Assembly: GCA_050290185.1 (NCBI GenBank)
Contig: JBNKHE010000008.1
Span: 1-64,000, forward strand
Length of the DNA stretch: 64,000 nt
From: Pontiella sp.
Lineage (GTDB): Bacteria > Verrucomicrobiota > Kiritimatiellia > Kiritimatiellales > Pontiellaceae
Direction: 5' to 3'
The position numbers were made by a program, and so were the translations under genes. Shown piece after piece: positions 37,897-48,350 of the stretch (position 1 is the first letter of the stretch; each line of letters opens with the position of its first letter). Under the pieces are notes generated by a model. It did not search any database, had not been told where the DNA came from, and was given only the letters and a program-made list of their open reading frames with translations.

Positions 37897-39354
37897 CTAT
37901 CCCATCTGCGCGATGGTCTTTTCGAGACACTCTTCGAGCATTTCGGGGGTGGGCTCGGCGATGAACCCTTCCGACATGAGGTGTTCGGTGAGGGCTCGCG
38001 CTTCGTCGATGTCCTTTTTGGCCTTGGCGTAGACTTCGTCGCCGGACATTTCATGACGGGCAACGCCGTCTTCGATGGCTTGCAATGCCACGGCCTTTGC
38101 GACGGAGGGGAAGGTTTCGGTTTCGTCCATGAGCGGGCAGATGTAATCGGGGCTCAGTCCCTTCTTTTCGGCCACTTCGGCGATGGCGTAGGCGGCGGCG
38201 ATGGCCATCTTATCGGTAATTTTCTTGGCTTTGACCAGCAGGGCGCCTTTGAGCAGGCCGGGGAAGCAGAGCGAGTTGTTGACCTGGTTCGGGAAGTCGC
38301 CACGGCCAGTGGCGACGATGTAGGCGCCGGCTTCCTTGGCGGAGTAGGGGTAGATTTCTGGAACCGGGTTGGCGCAGACAAAGACGATCGCCTTGTCGGC
38401 CATCTTTTCGATCCACTCCGGTTTGACGGTGTCGGGACCGGGTCTGGATAGGGCGATGAGTACATCGGCATCTTCCATGGCGGCTTCAATGGAGTTGATC
38501 TTGGTGGGATTGGTGCGCTGGCAAAGATCCCATTTCTTATAGAAGGCGGTGTCGGCCTCGATATCGGCTCGGTCGGTGTGCAGTCCGCCCTTGGAATCAC
38601 ACATGACCATTTTGGCCGGATCGGCGCCGGCCTGCAGGATCAGACTGGCAATGGTGGTGTTGGAGGCGCCGGCTCCGAGCATCGCGATGCGGACATCGTC
38701 GATCGGCTTTTCAGCCACCTTGAGGGCGTTGATGAGGCCGGCGAGGGTGACGCATCCGGTGCCCTGGGCATCGTCGTGCCAGACGGGGATATCGCACGCG
38801 TCGCGCAGGGTATCGAGCACTTCGAAGCAATTCGGCTGGGAGATGTCTTCCAGATTAACGCCGCCGACGCTCGGAGCGAGCATCTTGACAAAATCGATAA
38901 TCTTTTTGGGATCGTGTTCACCCTGTTCATTGCGCGAGTCGATGCAGAGTGCAATGGAGTCCACGCCTCCGAGGTATTTCATGAGAAACGCTTTACCTTC
39001 CATTACGCCGAGGCCGCCGGAGGGGCCGCAGTCGCCATCGCCCAAAACGCGGGTGGAATCAGATACGACGGCAATGAGATTGCCGCGGTTGGAGAGCTCG
39101 AAAGAGGCATCGGGATTGTCGCGGATCGTAGTGGAAACTTTGGATACGCCGGGGGTGTACCAGACGTTGAACCAGTTGAATCCGTAGAGTCCGGCCTTCG
39201 GGATTGTCTGCATCTTGCCGCCGTAGAAGCGGTGCATGCTGTCGGATACCTCCTTGAGAAAAAGGGTTTTTGCCTTGGCGATTTGCTCTTTGGTAAAGTC
39301 GGCGGGGAACAGTTCGTCGATGTTTTCGAGTTTCAGATTATCGATCTTACCCAT
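37897..39354 (-). CDS. NAD(P)-dependent malic enzyme
   Basis: YTPGV, VMEGKA, NLEDI, HDDAQGT, GAGAS, ATGRGDFPNQVNN. Confidence 0.95.
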   Translation of the reverse strand: MGKIDNLKLENIDELFPADFTKEQIAKAKTLFLKEVSDSMHRFYGGKMQTIPKAGLYGFNWFNVWYTPGVSKVSTTIRDNPDASFELSNRGNLIAVVSDSTRVLGDGDCGPSGGLGVMEGKAFLMKYLGGVDSIALCIDSRNEQGEHDPKKIIDFVKMLAPSVGGVNLEDISQPNCFEVLDTLRDACDIPVWHDDAQGTGCVTLAGLINALKVAEKPIDDVRIAMLGAGASNTTIASLILQAGADPAKMVMCDSKGGLHTDRADIEADTAFYKKWDLCQRTNPTKINSIEAAMEDADVLIALSRPGPDTVKPEWIEKMADKAIVFVCANPVPEIYPYSAKEAGAYIVATGRGDFPNQVNNSLCFPGLLKGALLVKAKKITDKMAIAAAYAIAEVAEKKGLSPDYICPLMDETETFPSVAKAVALQAIEDGVARHEMSGDEVYAKAKKDIDEARALTEHLMSEGFIAEPTPEMLEECLEKTIAQMG

Positions 39355-39654
39355 GGTGTTTTCTCCTTCGTTAGTTAAACGGGGCGATTATGCGCAGGCC
39401 GTCAGGCAAATCAATGCCGGAATCATAAATCTCCGTTTTGCGACTCAGTCCCAAAAAGAGCGTGCTGAGGTAATGAAAAAGGAATATGCGGCTTGATGTT
39501 CCGCCTTTCGAACATTAGAATTTTTTAATGGAGATGGGATTACTGTAGAGTTTATTCAGAAAAGCGAACAAACCGATTTTCAAATAGCTGAAAATGTTAT
39601 AGGTATACTTTCCAATAGGTATTGGCAGGCGTATTTAGAAAAGGTGTACAGTAT

Positions 39655-40314
39655 ATGAGTATTAAGCAAACGGTGTTTTCATCGATCGGCCAGAAATTAT
39701 TGTTGGCAACCTCCGGGCTGATCATGTTCCTCCTCTTTTTGATCCCCCACATGGGCGGGAATATTTTGTTTCTGTTCGGACCGGATCTCTTCAATTCCTA
39801 CGCGGAGCACCTCCACAGTCTGGTGCCGGTTTTGATCACCATAGAGGTGTTGATGATCATTTCGATCACCATCCACATGGTCATGGGAATCAGAGTGGCA
39901 TTCGCCAATGCGGCCGCACATGACAAGCGCCTTACGCAGCAATCCACACCGGAACGTTCGCTGGCCGCCCGGCTCATGCCGTATTCCGGCGGCATGATCT
40001 TTATTTTCATCGTCAAGCACCTGCTCGACTTCACCTTGCGTTCCAAGCCGGAAACGACGCTGCACGGGGAGCCGGTAATCAATGTCTACGGGATGTTGAT
40101 CGACAAGTTTTCACATCCCGGCAATGTGATCTTCTATGTGCTGTTCATGATTGCGGTTGCCTTCCACCTGAGTCACGCGTTGCAAAGTGCAATGCAGACC
40201 TATGGTATTTACGTGCCGCGTGAAGGCAGCAAGGCCAAGCTGGTCAGCACCATTATTGCCATCGGCATGGCCTCCACCTTCGCCATCATTCCGATCATCG
40301 CTTATACCCGCTAA
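39655..40314 (+). CDS. sdhC: succinate dehydrogenase/fumarate reductase cytochrome b subunit (b558 type)
   Basis: SSIGQKLLLATSG, HMGGN, four heme-ligand His in TM helices; upstream of sdhA. Confidence 0.9.
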   Translation: MSIKQTVFSSIGQKLLLATSGLIMFLLFLIPHMGGNILFLFGPDLFNSYAEHLHSLVPVLITIEVLMIISITIHMVMGIRVAFANAAAHDKRLTQQSTPERSLAARLMPYSGGMIFIFIVKHLLDFTLRSKPETTLHGEPVINVYGMLIDKFSHPGNVIFYVLFMIAVAFHLSHALQSAMQTYGIYVPREGSKAKLVSTIIAIGMASTFAIIPIIAYTR

Positions 40315-40338
40315 TTTTAAACCGCAGAGGATCCCCCC

Positions 40339-42255
40339 ATGGTTAAGCTCGACGCAAAAATTCCTGAAGGCCCAATGGCCGAAAAATGGACGAACCACAA
40401 ATTCAAGGTCAAGCTGGTCAACCCGGCCAACAAACGGAAACACAAGGTCATCGTGGTCGGCACCGGTCTGGCCGGTGCATCTGCCGCCGCCACCATGGCC
40501 GAGCTCGGCTACGTGGTGCACAGCTTTACCTATTCCGACAGTCCGCGCCGTGCCCACTCGATTGCCGCGCAGGGTGGCATCAACGCCGCCAAGAACTATC
40601 CCAACGACGGCGACTCCATCCATCGCCTCTTCTATGACACCGTAAAGGGTGGTGACTTCCGTTCGCGCGAGGCCAACGTCCACCGGCTGGCCGAGGTCAG
40701 CAACCAGATCATCGACCATTGCGTGGCACAGGGCATTCCGTTTGCGCGCGAATACGGCGGCTACCTTGCCAACCGCTCCTTCGGCGGCGCGCAGGTTTCC
40801 CGAACCTTCTACGCCCGCGGCCAGACCGGCCAGCAACTGCTGATCGGTGCCTACGGTGCGCTCTCCAAGGAGATCAAGAAGGGCGGCGTCACGATCCATA
40901 CCCGCTCCGAAGTGGTCGACATCGTTGTAATCGACGGACAGGCGCGCGGCATCATCGCCCGCAATCTTGTTACCGGCGAACTGACCCGCCACGAGGCCGA
41001 TGCCGTTGTGCTCGCCACCGGCGGCTACAGCAACGTCTACTTCCTTTCCACCAACGCCATGAACTGCAACGCCAGTGCGGCGTGGCGCGCCTACAAGAAA
41101 GGGGCCTGCTTCGCCAACCCATGCTACACGCAGATCCACCCGACCTGTATCCCGGTACACGGCGAATACCAGTCGAAGCTCACGCTCATGTCCGAATCGC
41201 TCCGCAACGACGGCCGCATCTGGGTGCCGAAGAAGAAGGGTGACAAGCGTCCCGCCAACCAGATTCCCGAGGACGAGCGCGACTATTACCTCGAACGCAA
41301 ATATCCCAGCTTCGGTAACCTCGTTCCGCGTGACCTCGCTTCGCGCAACGCCAAGCAGGTGTGCGACGAAGGTCGCGGCGTCGGCCCGACCGGACAGGCG
41401 GTCTATCTTGACTTTGCCGATGCCATTGCGCGTCTCGGCCGCGATAATATCGAAGCCAAATACGGCAACCTGTTCGAGATGTACAACCGTATTACCGACG
41501 AGGATCCCTACACGACACCGATGATGATCTTTCCCGCTGTGCACTACACGATGGGGGGGCTGTGGGTGGACTACAACCTGATGACTTCGTTGCCCGGCCT
41601 CTACGCCATTGGCGAAGTCAACTTCTCCGACCACGGCGCCAACCGCCTTGGCGCGAGCGCACTGATGCAGGGGCTGGCCGACGGCTATTTTGTGCTGCCC
41701 AACACCATCAACGACTATCTGGCCTCGAATAAGTTCGAGAAGGTTTCCACCGATCATGAGGCGTTTGCGGAAGCCGAAAAGACGGCGAAGGACAAACTTG
41801 ATCGTCTGCTGGCCGTCAATGGCAACCGCACGGTCGACGACTTTCATAAGGAGCTGGGCCACCTGCTGTGGGAAAACTGCGGTATGGCGCGCAACGAAAA
41901 GGGGTTGAAGGAAGCCCTTGAAAAGATTCCGAAGATCCGCGAGGAGTTCTGGAAGAACGTCAACGTGCCCGGCTCGGCCGAGGATCTGAACCAGGCGCTG
42001 GAAAAGGCCAACCGCGTGGCCGATTTCATGGAGTTCGCCGAACTGCTGGTTCGCGATGCACTCGAGCGCGCCGAATCATGCGGCGGTCACTTCCGCGAGG
42101 AGAGCCAGACCGAGGAGGGCGAAGCCCTGCGCGACGATGAAAATTTCTGCTACACTGCAGCATGGGAGTTCAAGGGATTGGATCAGGAGCCGGAGCTGCA
42201 CAAAGAAATGCTGGAGTTTGAAGAGGTCCACTTAACACAAAGGTCGTACAAATAA
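40339..42255 (+). CDS. sdhA: succinate dehydrogenase/fumarate reductase flavoprotein subunit
   Basis: [37 protein letters not shown]. Confidence 0.97.
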   Translation: MVKLDAKIPEGPMAEKWTNHKFKVKLVNPANKRKHKVIVVGTGLAGASAAATMAELGYVVHSFTYSDSPRRAHSIAAQGGINAAKNYPNDGDSIHRLFYDTVKGGDFRSREANVHRLAEVSNQIIDHCVAQGIPFAREYGGYLANRSFGGAQVSRTFYARGQTGQQLLIGAYGALSKEIKKGGVTIHTRSEVVDIVVIDGQARGIIARNLVTGELTRHEADAVVLATGGYSNVYFLSTNAMNCNASAAWRAYKKGACFANPCYTQIHPTCIPVHGEYQSKLTLMSESLRNDGRIWVPKKKGDKRPANQIPEDERDYYLERKYPSFGNLVPRDLASRNAKQVCDEGRGVGPTGQAVYLDFADAIARLGRDNIEAKYGNLFEMYNRITDEDPYTTPMMIFPAVHYTMGGLWVDYNLMTSLPGLYAIGEVNFSDHGANRLGASALMQGLADGYFVLPNTINDYLASNKFEKVSTDHEAFAEAEKTAKDKLDRLLAVNGNRTVDDFHKELGHLLWENCGMARNEKGLKEALEKIPKIREEFWKNVNVPGSAEDLNQALEKANRVADFMEFAELLVRDALERAESCGGHFREESQTEEGEALRDDENFCYTAAWEFKGLDQEPELHKEMLEFEEVHLTQRSYK

Positions 42256-42259
42256 TATT

Positions 42260-42315
42260 AACCACGAAACGCACGAAAGCCGAAATGCGGAAGACCGTTC
42301 ATCGATTTCGTGGTT
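42260..42315. repeat. REP-like inverted repeat
   Basis: AACCACGAAA...TTTCGTGGTT; related to 48274..48331. Confidence 0.6.
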
Positions 42316-42331
42316 CTAAAAGGAAGTAGTC

Positions 42332-43096
42332 ATGTCCGAGAAAATCAATCTAACGCTAAAAGTCTGGCGCCAGAACCGGGGCGAAGCCGGGCGCTTCGAA
42401 ACCTATTCCGCAAACGGAATCGATAAAGACGCCTCGTTTCTCGAAATGCTCGATGTGGTCAATGACGAGCTCACGCTGGCCGGCACGGAGCCGATTGCCT
42501 TTGAGCATGACTGCCGTGAAGGCATCTGCGGATGCTGCGGCTCGCTGGTGAACGGCAAGACGCACGGCTCGCATGAACAAACCACGCTCTGCCAACTGCA
42601 CATGCGCAAGTTCAAGGACGGAGAAACCGTAGTCATTGAGCCTTTCCGTGCAAAAGCGTTCCCGGTTATCAAGGATTTGATCATCGACCGGAGCGGACTC
42701 GACCAGATTATTGCCGAAGGCGGCTATATTTCCGTCAAGACGGGAAATGCACCGGAAGCTTCGACCACTCCGGTGAAAAAGGAACTGGCCGAAGCGGCGA
42801 TGGATGCTGCCGAATGCATCGGATGCGGCGCCTGCGTAGCGGCCTGTCCGAACGGCGCGGCGATGCTCTTCACCGCGGCGAAGGTCAACCAGTACGCACT
42901 CCTGCCCCAAGGCCATCCCGAACGTATGCAGCGCGTTAAGAATATGGTCTCGAAAATGGACGAGCTGGGATTCGGCAACTGCTCGAACGAATACGAATGC
43001 GCGGTCGCATGCCCGAAGGGGATCAACGTCAGGAACATTGCCGCGCTCAACCGCGAGTTCATCAAGGCGAGTATAAAATGTGGAAGTGAAAAGTGA
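42332..43096 (+). CDS. sdhB: succinate dehydrogenase/fumarate reductase iron-sulfur subunit
   Basis: CREGICGCC, CIGCGACVAACP, CSNEYECAVACP. Confidence 0.96.
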   Translation: MSEKINLTLKVWRQNRGEAGRFETYSANGIDKDASFLEMLDVVNDELTLAGTEPIAFEHDCREGICGCCGSLVNGKTHGSHEQTTLCQLHMRKFKDGETVVIEPFRAKAFPVIKDLIIDRSGLDQIIAEGGYISVKTGNAPEASTTPVKKELAEAAMDAAECIGCGACVAACPNGAAMLFTAAKVNQYALLPQGHPERMQRVKNMVSKMDELGFGNCSNEYECAVACPKGINVRNIAALNREFIKASIKCGSEK

Positions 43097-43203
43097 GATG
43101 TCAAACGTGAGGTGTGTCGGGTAATGCGTACTCCGTATTTCGCAGTCCTTTGAGCTTATACGCCGTACTCCTTAAGCAATGCGCTTCATCGGGAAAGGAA
43201 CCC

Positions 43204-43680
43204 ATGGCAGCAAGAAGGAAGAGGGAAACATTCTGGTCCGAGCCGATAAGCAAGGTGGATCTTCAAAAGGCGGCAGTGGTCGTTAGCGGGACGACCATTG
43301 TCGATGCCGTGAAAGAGATGAAATACAACCAGATCGGTTGTGTGATCATAACCGATGCAAATGGCAAGATGCTCGGAATATTGAGCAACGGCGACCTGAT
43401 GCATGAATTTGTCGGCTCAACGCTGCCCGGCGACACGCCCGTCGACACCATCATGACCAAAGAGCCTTTCACGGGTACCCCGGAACTGACCGTGCAGGAA
43501 GCCCTGGAAATCTTCCACTCCCAGCCCTTTCGCCATATGCCCATTCTGAGTGGCGACCAAATCAAGGGAATCCTATCCATTCGTGGATTGATGACGTTCA
43601 TTAGCGAGCACCTGCCTCTGGAAGTTATGAATCTTCCGCCGGACAGCAGTCTTATCGCAGCACGGACATCGGGGGAATAA
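43204..43680 (+). CDS. stand-alone CBS-pair protein
   Basis: IGCVII...GILSNGDL, IMTKEP, FRHMPI...GILSIR. Confidence 0.88.
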   Translation: MAARRKRETFWSEPISKVDLQKAAVVVSGTTIVDAVKEMKYNQIGCVIITDANGKMLGILSNGDLMHEFVGSTLPGDTPVDTIMTKEPFTGTPELTVQEALEIFHSQPFRHMPILSGDQIKGILSIRGLMTFISEHLPLEVMNLPPDSSLIAARTSGE

Positions 43681-43683
43681 GCC

Positions 43684-45522
43684 ATGACAGAACCGAAAAC
43701 CCATTTAATGGAAAAAGACTCGGTGGTGGTTCGCTTTGCCGGAGACTCCGGCGACGGCATGCAAACCGTTGGCGAGCTCTTTGCGGATGCCAGTGCCCTG
43801 TTGGGCGACGCGATTGTAACCTTCCCGGATTTTCCGTCGGAAATCCGTGCCCCATCGGGGTCTCTTCCGGGCGTCTCCGGCTTCCAGGTGCATTTCGGTT
43901 GCAAGTCGGTCATGACACCGGGCGACAAGGCGGATGCACTCATCGTAATGAATCCCGCCGCGCTGAAGGTCAACCTGCGCGAGCTGGAGCCGAAGGGATT
44001 GCTGATCGTAAACACCGGCGCATTCAATACCGCTAACCTGAAGAAAGCTTTGTACACCTCCAACCCGCTCGACGACCCGGCATTGGAGGATGAATACCGG
44101 GTGCTCAAGGTGGACATCAACGCATTGACGGCAGAGGCCCTCAAGGATCTTCCGCTCAACCCGTCGCTGCGTGCCCGTTGCAAAAACTTCTTCGCGTTGG
44201 GGATCACCTACTGGGTTTACTCCCGTCCGCTGGACATGACGCTGGAGTGGATCGAAACCAAGTGGCGGAAAACCCTGCCCCTGATGGCCGATGCCAACAG
44301 CATCGCGCTAAAGATCGGTTATATCGTCGGCGAAAACAAAGATCTCGATATTCCGCACTACAGCGTGAACAGGCGGGTGCTGGAGGATGGGATCTATCGC
44401 AAAATCACCGGCAACGAGGCGACTGCGCTGGGATTGATTGCCGCAGCGGAAAACAGCTTTCGCGATCTGGTGCTCGGCAGCTATCCGATCACCCCGGCGA
44501 CGCCGATTCTTGAAACGCTGGCCAAGCACCGCAACTTCAACGTCAAGACCGTGCAGGCCGAGGACGAAATCGCGGCCATCGGCGTCGCGATCGGCGCTTC
44601 CTTTGCGGGCGCGCTTGGTGTGACGACCACCAGCGGGCCGGGATTGTGTCTGAAATCAGAAGCATTGGGTCTGGCCGTGATCACCGAACTTCCGCTGGTT
44701 GTTGTGAATGTACAGCGCGCCGGACCGAGTACGGGACTGCCGACGAAGACCGAGCAGGCGGACCTGCTGCAAACCTTCTACGGAAGAAACGGCGAATCGC
44801 CGGTGGCGATCATTGCCGCCGATTCTCCCGGAGATTGCTTCGACTGCGCCATCGAGGCGGCACGCATCGCCCTTCATTACCGCACGCCGGTGGTGATGCT
44901 GACCGATACCTATCTGGCTAATGGCTCCGAGCCGTGGAAGGTTCCGGATGTGACGGATATTCCCGATATTTCCGTTGAGCCGATCAAGCATGGCGAAAGC
45001 TATGCTCCGTACCAACGCAATTCCAAAACATTGGCGCGGCGTCTTGCCGTGCCCGGTCGACCCGGGTTCGAACATCGCATCGGCGGTCTGGAAAAAACAG
45101 AAGCCGGTGCCGTGAGCTACGATGCCGAAAACCACGACAAGATGTGCCGGCTCCGCGCGGAGAAGGTTCAACGGATCGCTGACAATATTCCCGAGGCCCA
45201 GGTTCTGGGTAAGGCAAAGGGCAAGGTGCTGGTCATCGGGTGGGGCAGCACGCGCGGCGCCATTACCATGGCCGTGGAGCGCCTGCAGACCGAAGGGGCG
45301 TCTGTGAGCTACACCCACCTGCGACATCTCAATCCGCTGCCAAAGAATCTCGGCGAATTGATGACGCAATTCGAACATGTGGTTGTGCCCGAGCTGAACC
45401 TTGGGCAACTGTCCCGCATTCTGCGCGCGGAATATCTGGTCGACGTTAAATCCATCAACAAGGTTCCTGGACGTATGTTCCAGATTTCCGATCTGGTGGC
45501 CGGGATTAGGGAGTATTTGTAA
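43684..45522 (+). CDS. korA: 2-oxoacid:ferredoxin oxidoreductase alpha subunit
   Basis: FAGDSGDGMQ, YPITPA, EDEIAA, TSGPG, QRAGPSTGLPT. Confidence 0.95.
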   Translation: MTEPKTHLMEKDSVVVRFAGDSGDGMQTVGELFADASALLGDAIVTFPDFPSEIRAPSGSLPGVSGFQVHFGCKSVMTPGDKADALIVMNPAALKVNLRELEPKGLLIVNTGAFNTANLKKALYTSNPLDDPALEDEYRVLKVDINALTAEALKDLPLNPSLRARCKNFFALGITYWVYSRPLDMTLEWIETKWRKTLPLMADANSIALKIGYIVGENKDLDIPHYSVNRRVLEDGIYRKITGNEATALGLIAAAENSFRDLVLGSYPITPATPILETLAKHRNFNVKTVQAEDEIAAIGVAIGASFAGALGVTTTSGPGLCLKSEALGLAVITELPLVVVNVQRAGPSTGLPTKTEQADLLQTFYGRNGESPVAIIAADSPGDCFDCAIEAARIALHYRTPVVMLTDTYLANGSEPWKVPDVTDIPDISVEPIKHGESYAPYQRNSKTLARRLAVPGRPGFEHRIGGLEKTEAGAVSYDAENHDKMCRLRAEKVQRIADNIPEAQVLGKAKGKVLVIGWGSTRGAITMAVERLQTEGASVSYTHLRHLNPLPKNLGELMTQFEHVVVPELNLGQLSRILRAEYLVDVKSINKVPGRMFQISDLVAGIREYL

Positions 45523-45533
45523 GGAGGGGCATC

Positions 45534-47099
45534 ATGGAAGGTTTTAAGGAATATCTGACCCGCAAGGATTTTGTCTCTTCCTCCGAAGTGCGCTGGTGCC
45601 CCGGATGCGGCGATTATGCCATACTCAATGCCGTGCAGAACGTGCTGCCACGCCTCGGTCTTCCGAAGGAGAAGTACGTATTCGTTAGCGGCATCGGCTG
45701 CTCCAGCCGTTTCCCATACTATCTGGATACCTATGGCTTTCATTCGATCCATGGTCGCGCACCCACGATTGCCACCGGCGTCAAGGTGGCGAATCCGGAG
45801 CTTTCCGTCTGGGTGGTTACCGGCGATGGCGATGGACTCAGTATCGGCGGAAACCATCTTGTACATGCGTTGCGCCGCAACCTCGACATGAATATCCTCC
45901 TGCTCAACAACCGCATCTACGGATTGACCAAGGGGCAGTACAGTCCAACCTCGGAGATCGGAAAGATTACCAAGACCAGTCCGTACGGCGTGATCGACGA
46001 ACCGATCAACCCGCTCCGTATCGCGCTGGCATCGGAGGCGACGTTTGTCGGGCGGGCGGTAGATACCGATCCGAAGCATATTGCCGAAGTCCTGGAAGCC
46101 GGTGCCGAACACAAAGGCACATCTTTCGTGGAAATCCTGCAAAGTTGCGTGATTTTCAACAAGAAGGCCTGGGCCGATATTTCCGACCGGTCCTGCCGCG
46201 AAGACCGTCTGCTCTATCTGGAACAGGGCAAGCCCCTCATTTTCGGGGAAAAGCGCAACAAGGGGATCATGCTGCGCGGCACTGACCCGATCGTGGTCAC
46301 CCTCGGCGAACACGGCGTCACCAAGAAGGACTTGGTTGTGCATGATCGATATCGCGAAGATCCAGTATATGCTTCGATGCTGACCATGATGGACTATCCG
46401 GACTTTCCGCTGCCCGTTGGAATTTTCCGCGCCGTGAAAAAACCGGTCTACGAAGAGGAGCTTGAAAAGCAAATCAAGGAAGTCACCGTGCTTAAGGGCC
46501 GCCGTAATCTGCAGGCGCTGCTGCGCGGATCGGAGTATTGGACCGTTACAAACCACGGAAAATCGATCAAGCGTTCCTCCAGTATCAGTGCGCTGGCCAA
46601 CGACGAATCGCAGGTCATGGACGAGCAGATTCACTCCGTGCTCAAATCCACTGACCCGTTGACCGCCAGCCTGAAAACCAAGGTTGGAAAGATATTCTAC
46701 GACTACGATTACCAGCGCTCGAAAATGCTCTCGCCGCGCGACAGCATTTCGAAAGCCATCGCCAACTTCAAGGCGACGCGCATCGAATGTATTCTGGTAG
46801 GCGACGAGAAGCGGCTCTACGGCATCCTGTCTGAACGGGATATTATCCAGAACGTTGTGCTGACCTCAATTGACCGGGATCGACTTCCGATCTCGTCTAT
46901 CATGCGCCCGATCTATGAAATCATGGACGAGTCGAATTCCATCGGCGATGTAATTAACATACTCTCCATCAGCGGACACCGGCATGTACCGATCCGGCTG
47001 AAGGACGGCGGTTTTGGATTGGTGACGATCCGGCAGATATTACGCTTTATCCACGACACCGTGGAACAGGTTGAAAAAAAGGAAACTAAAGATAAATGA
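45534..47099 (+). CDS. korB: 2-oxoacid:ferredoxin oxidoreductase beta subunit fused to a C-terminal CBS pair
   Basis: WCPGCGD, SGIGCSSR, GDGDGLSIGGNH, NNRIYGLTKGQ; extension with GILSERDI and HRHVPI. Confidence 0.92.
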   Translation: MEGFKEYLTRKDFVSSSEVRWCPGCGDYAILNAVQNVLPRLGLPKEKYVFVSGIGCSSRFPYYLDTYGFHSIHGRAPTIATGVKVANPELSVWVVTGDGDGLSIGGNHLVHALRRNLDMNILLLNNRIYGLTKGQYSPTSEIGKITKTSPYGVIDEPINPLRIALASEATFVGRAVDTDPKHIAEVLEAGAEHKGTSFVEILQSCVIFNKKAWADISDRSCREDRLLYLEQGKPLIFGEKRNKGIMLRGTDPIVVTLGEHGVTKKDLVVHDRYREDPVYASMLTMMDYPDFPLPVGIFRAVKKPVYEEELEKQIKEVTVLKGRRNLQALLRGSEYWTVTNHGKSIKRSSSISALANDESQVMDEQIHSVLKSTDPLTASLKTKVGKIFYDYDYQRSKMLSPRDSISKAIANFKATRIECILVGDEKRLYGILSERDIIQNVVLTSIDRDRLPISSIMRPIYEIMDESNSIGDVINILSISGHRHVPIRLKDGGFGLVTIRQILRFIHDTVEQVEKKETKDK

Positions 47100-48271
47100 A
47101 AATACATGAATACCAAGCCAAGGAGCTGTTGAAAGGGTTCGGAATCCCCATCCAGGATGGCGTAACCATCGAAGATCTGGCGCAGGCCGAAGCGGCCATC
47201 GACCAGGTTGCAAAGGAACATAACACGGAACAATTTGTCATCAAGGCCCAGGTGCATGCCGGCGGTCGTGGCAAGGGTGGCGGCGTAAAGTTTTCCCCCG
47301 ACCGGGCCAGTGCGTTGGAGAACATCCAGAAGATTCTGGGCATGACGCTCATCACGCACCAGACCGGCGCGGAAGGGCGGCTGGTCAAGAAGGTTATGGT
47401 CAGCCAGGCGCTTGATATCGAGAAGGAGTTCTATGCGGCGATCACGCTCGACCGTTCCAAGGGAATGGATGTTTTCATGGTCTCTTCCGAAGGGGGCATG
47501 GAGATCGAGGAAGTCGCCAGGACCTCCCCCGAAAAGATCGTGAAGGAAGCGGTGGTTCCGGGATTCGGGCTACGTCCATTTCAGGCGCGCAACCTGACCA
47601 TGGCATTGGGGCTCGAAGGACAAGCCGCCAAACAGGCGGTCGGCATGTTCCAGAAACTCTACAAGCTCTACCGGGAACTCGACTGCTCCATCGTGGAAAT
47701 CAATCCGCTGGTGGTCACCGAACAGGGCGATCTGGTGGCGCTCGACGCCAAGATCAACTTTGACGACAATGCGCTCTACCTCCATCCAAATGTGGCTGAA
47801 ATGCGCGACCTGGATGAAGAAGATCCTGCGGAAGTCGAGGCGGGCAAGTTCCATCTCAACTATATCAAGCTTGATGGAAACGTGGGCTGCATGGTCAACG
47901 GCGCGGGGCTGGCGATGTCGACGATGGACATCATCAAGCAGCGCGGCGGATCTCCCGCCAATTTTCTCGACGTCGGTGGCGGTGCAAACGTGGAAACCGT
48001 AAAGAACGGATTCCGGATCATTCTTTCCGACGAAAACGTAAAGGCGGTGCTGATCAATATCTTTGGTGGAATCGTCCGATGCGACCGCATCGCCAACGGC
48101 ATTATCGAGGCGGTCAAGGAGCTGGATTTGAATGTTCCGGTGGTGGTCCGTTTAGCCGGCACGAATGCCGAGCTGGCGAAAGAACTGCTGGCCGGTTCCG
48201 GAGTATCGATTATATCCGCGGACTCCTTCGAGGACGCCGCAATCAAGGTAGTGGAAGCTGCGAGAAAATAG
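47096..48271 (+). CDS. sucC: succinyl-CoA ligase beta subunit
   Basis: IHEYQAK, KAQVHAGGRGKGGG, NGAGLAM, ANFLDVGG. Confidence 0.97.
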   Translation: MKIHEYQAKELLKGFGIPIQDGVTIEDLAQAEAAIDQVAKEHNTEQFVIKAQVHAGGRGKGGGVKFSPDRASALENIQKILGMTLITHQTGAEGRLVKKVMVSQALDIEKEFYAAITLDRSKGMDVFMVSSEGGMEIEEVARTSPEKIVKEAVVPGFGLRPFQARNLTMALGLEGQAAKQAVGMFQKLYKLYRELDCSIVEINPLVVTEQGDLVALDAKINFDDNALYLHPNVAEMRDLDEEDPAEVEAGKFHLNYIKLDGNVGCMVNGAGLAMSTMDIIKQRGGSPANFLDVGGGANVETVKNGFRIILSDENVKAVLINIFGGIVRCDRIANGIIEAVKELDLNVPVVVRLAGTNAELAKELLAGSGVSIISADSFEDAAIKVVEAARK

Positions 48272-48273
48272 CT

Positions 48274-48331
48274 AACCACGAAACACACGAACCACACGAA
48301 ACTTTCGTGCATGTTGGTGAATTCCGTGGCT
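48274..48331. repeat. REP-like inverted repeat of CACGAA units
   Basis: AACCACGAAACACACGAACCACACGAAAC...TTTCGTG...TTCCGTGGCT. Confidence 0.6.
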
Positions 48332-48350
48332 CAACAAAGAAGGTTGAACG

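Noticed and set aside
39513..39530. Imperfect palindrome CATTAGAATTTTTTAATG between the malic enzyme gene and sdhC
   Set aside because: Short, imperfect and in AT-rich DNA; not distinguishable from chance
40111..41862. 583-aa ORF antisense to sdhA (likewise 45309..46634, 5584..6726 and 2555..3538)
   Set aside because: Antisense shadows fully overlapping well-supported genes
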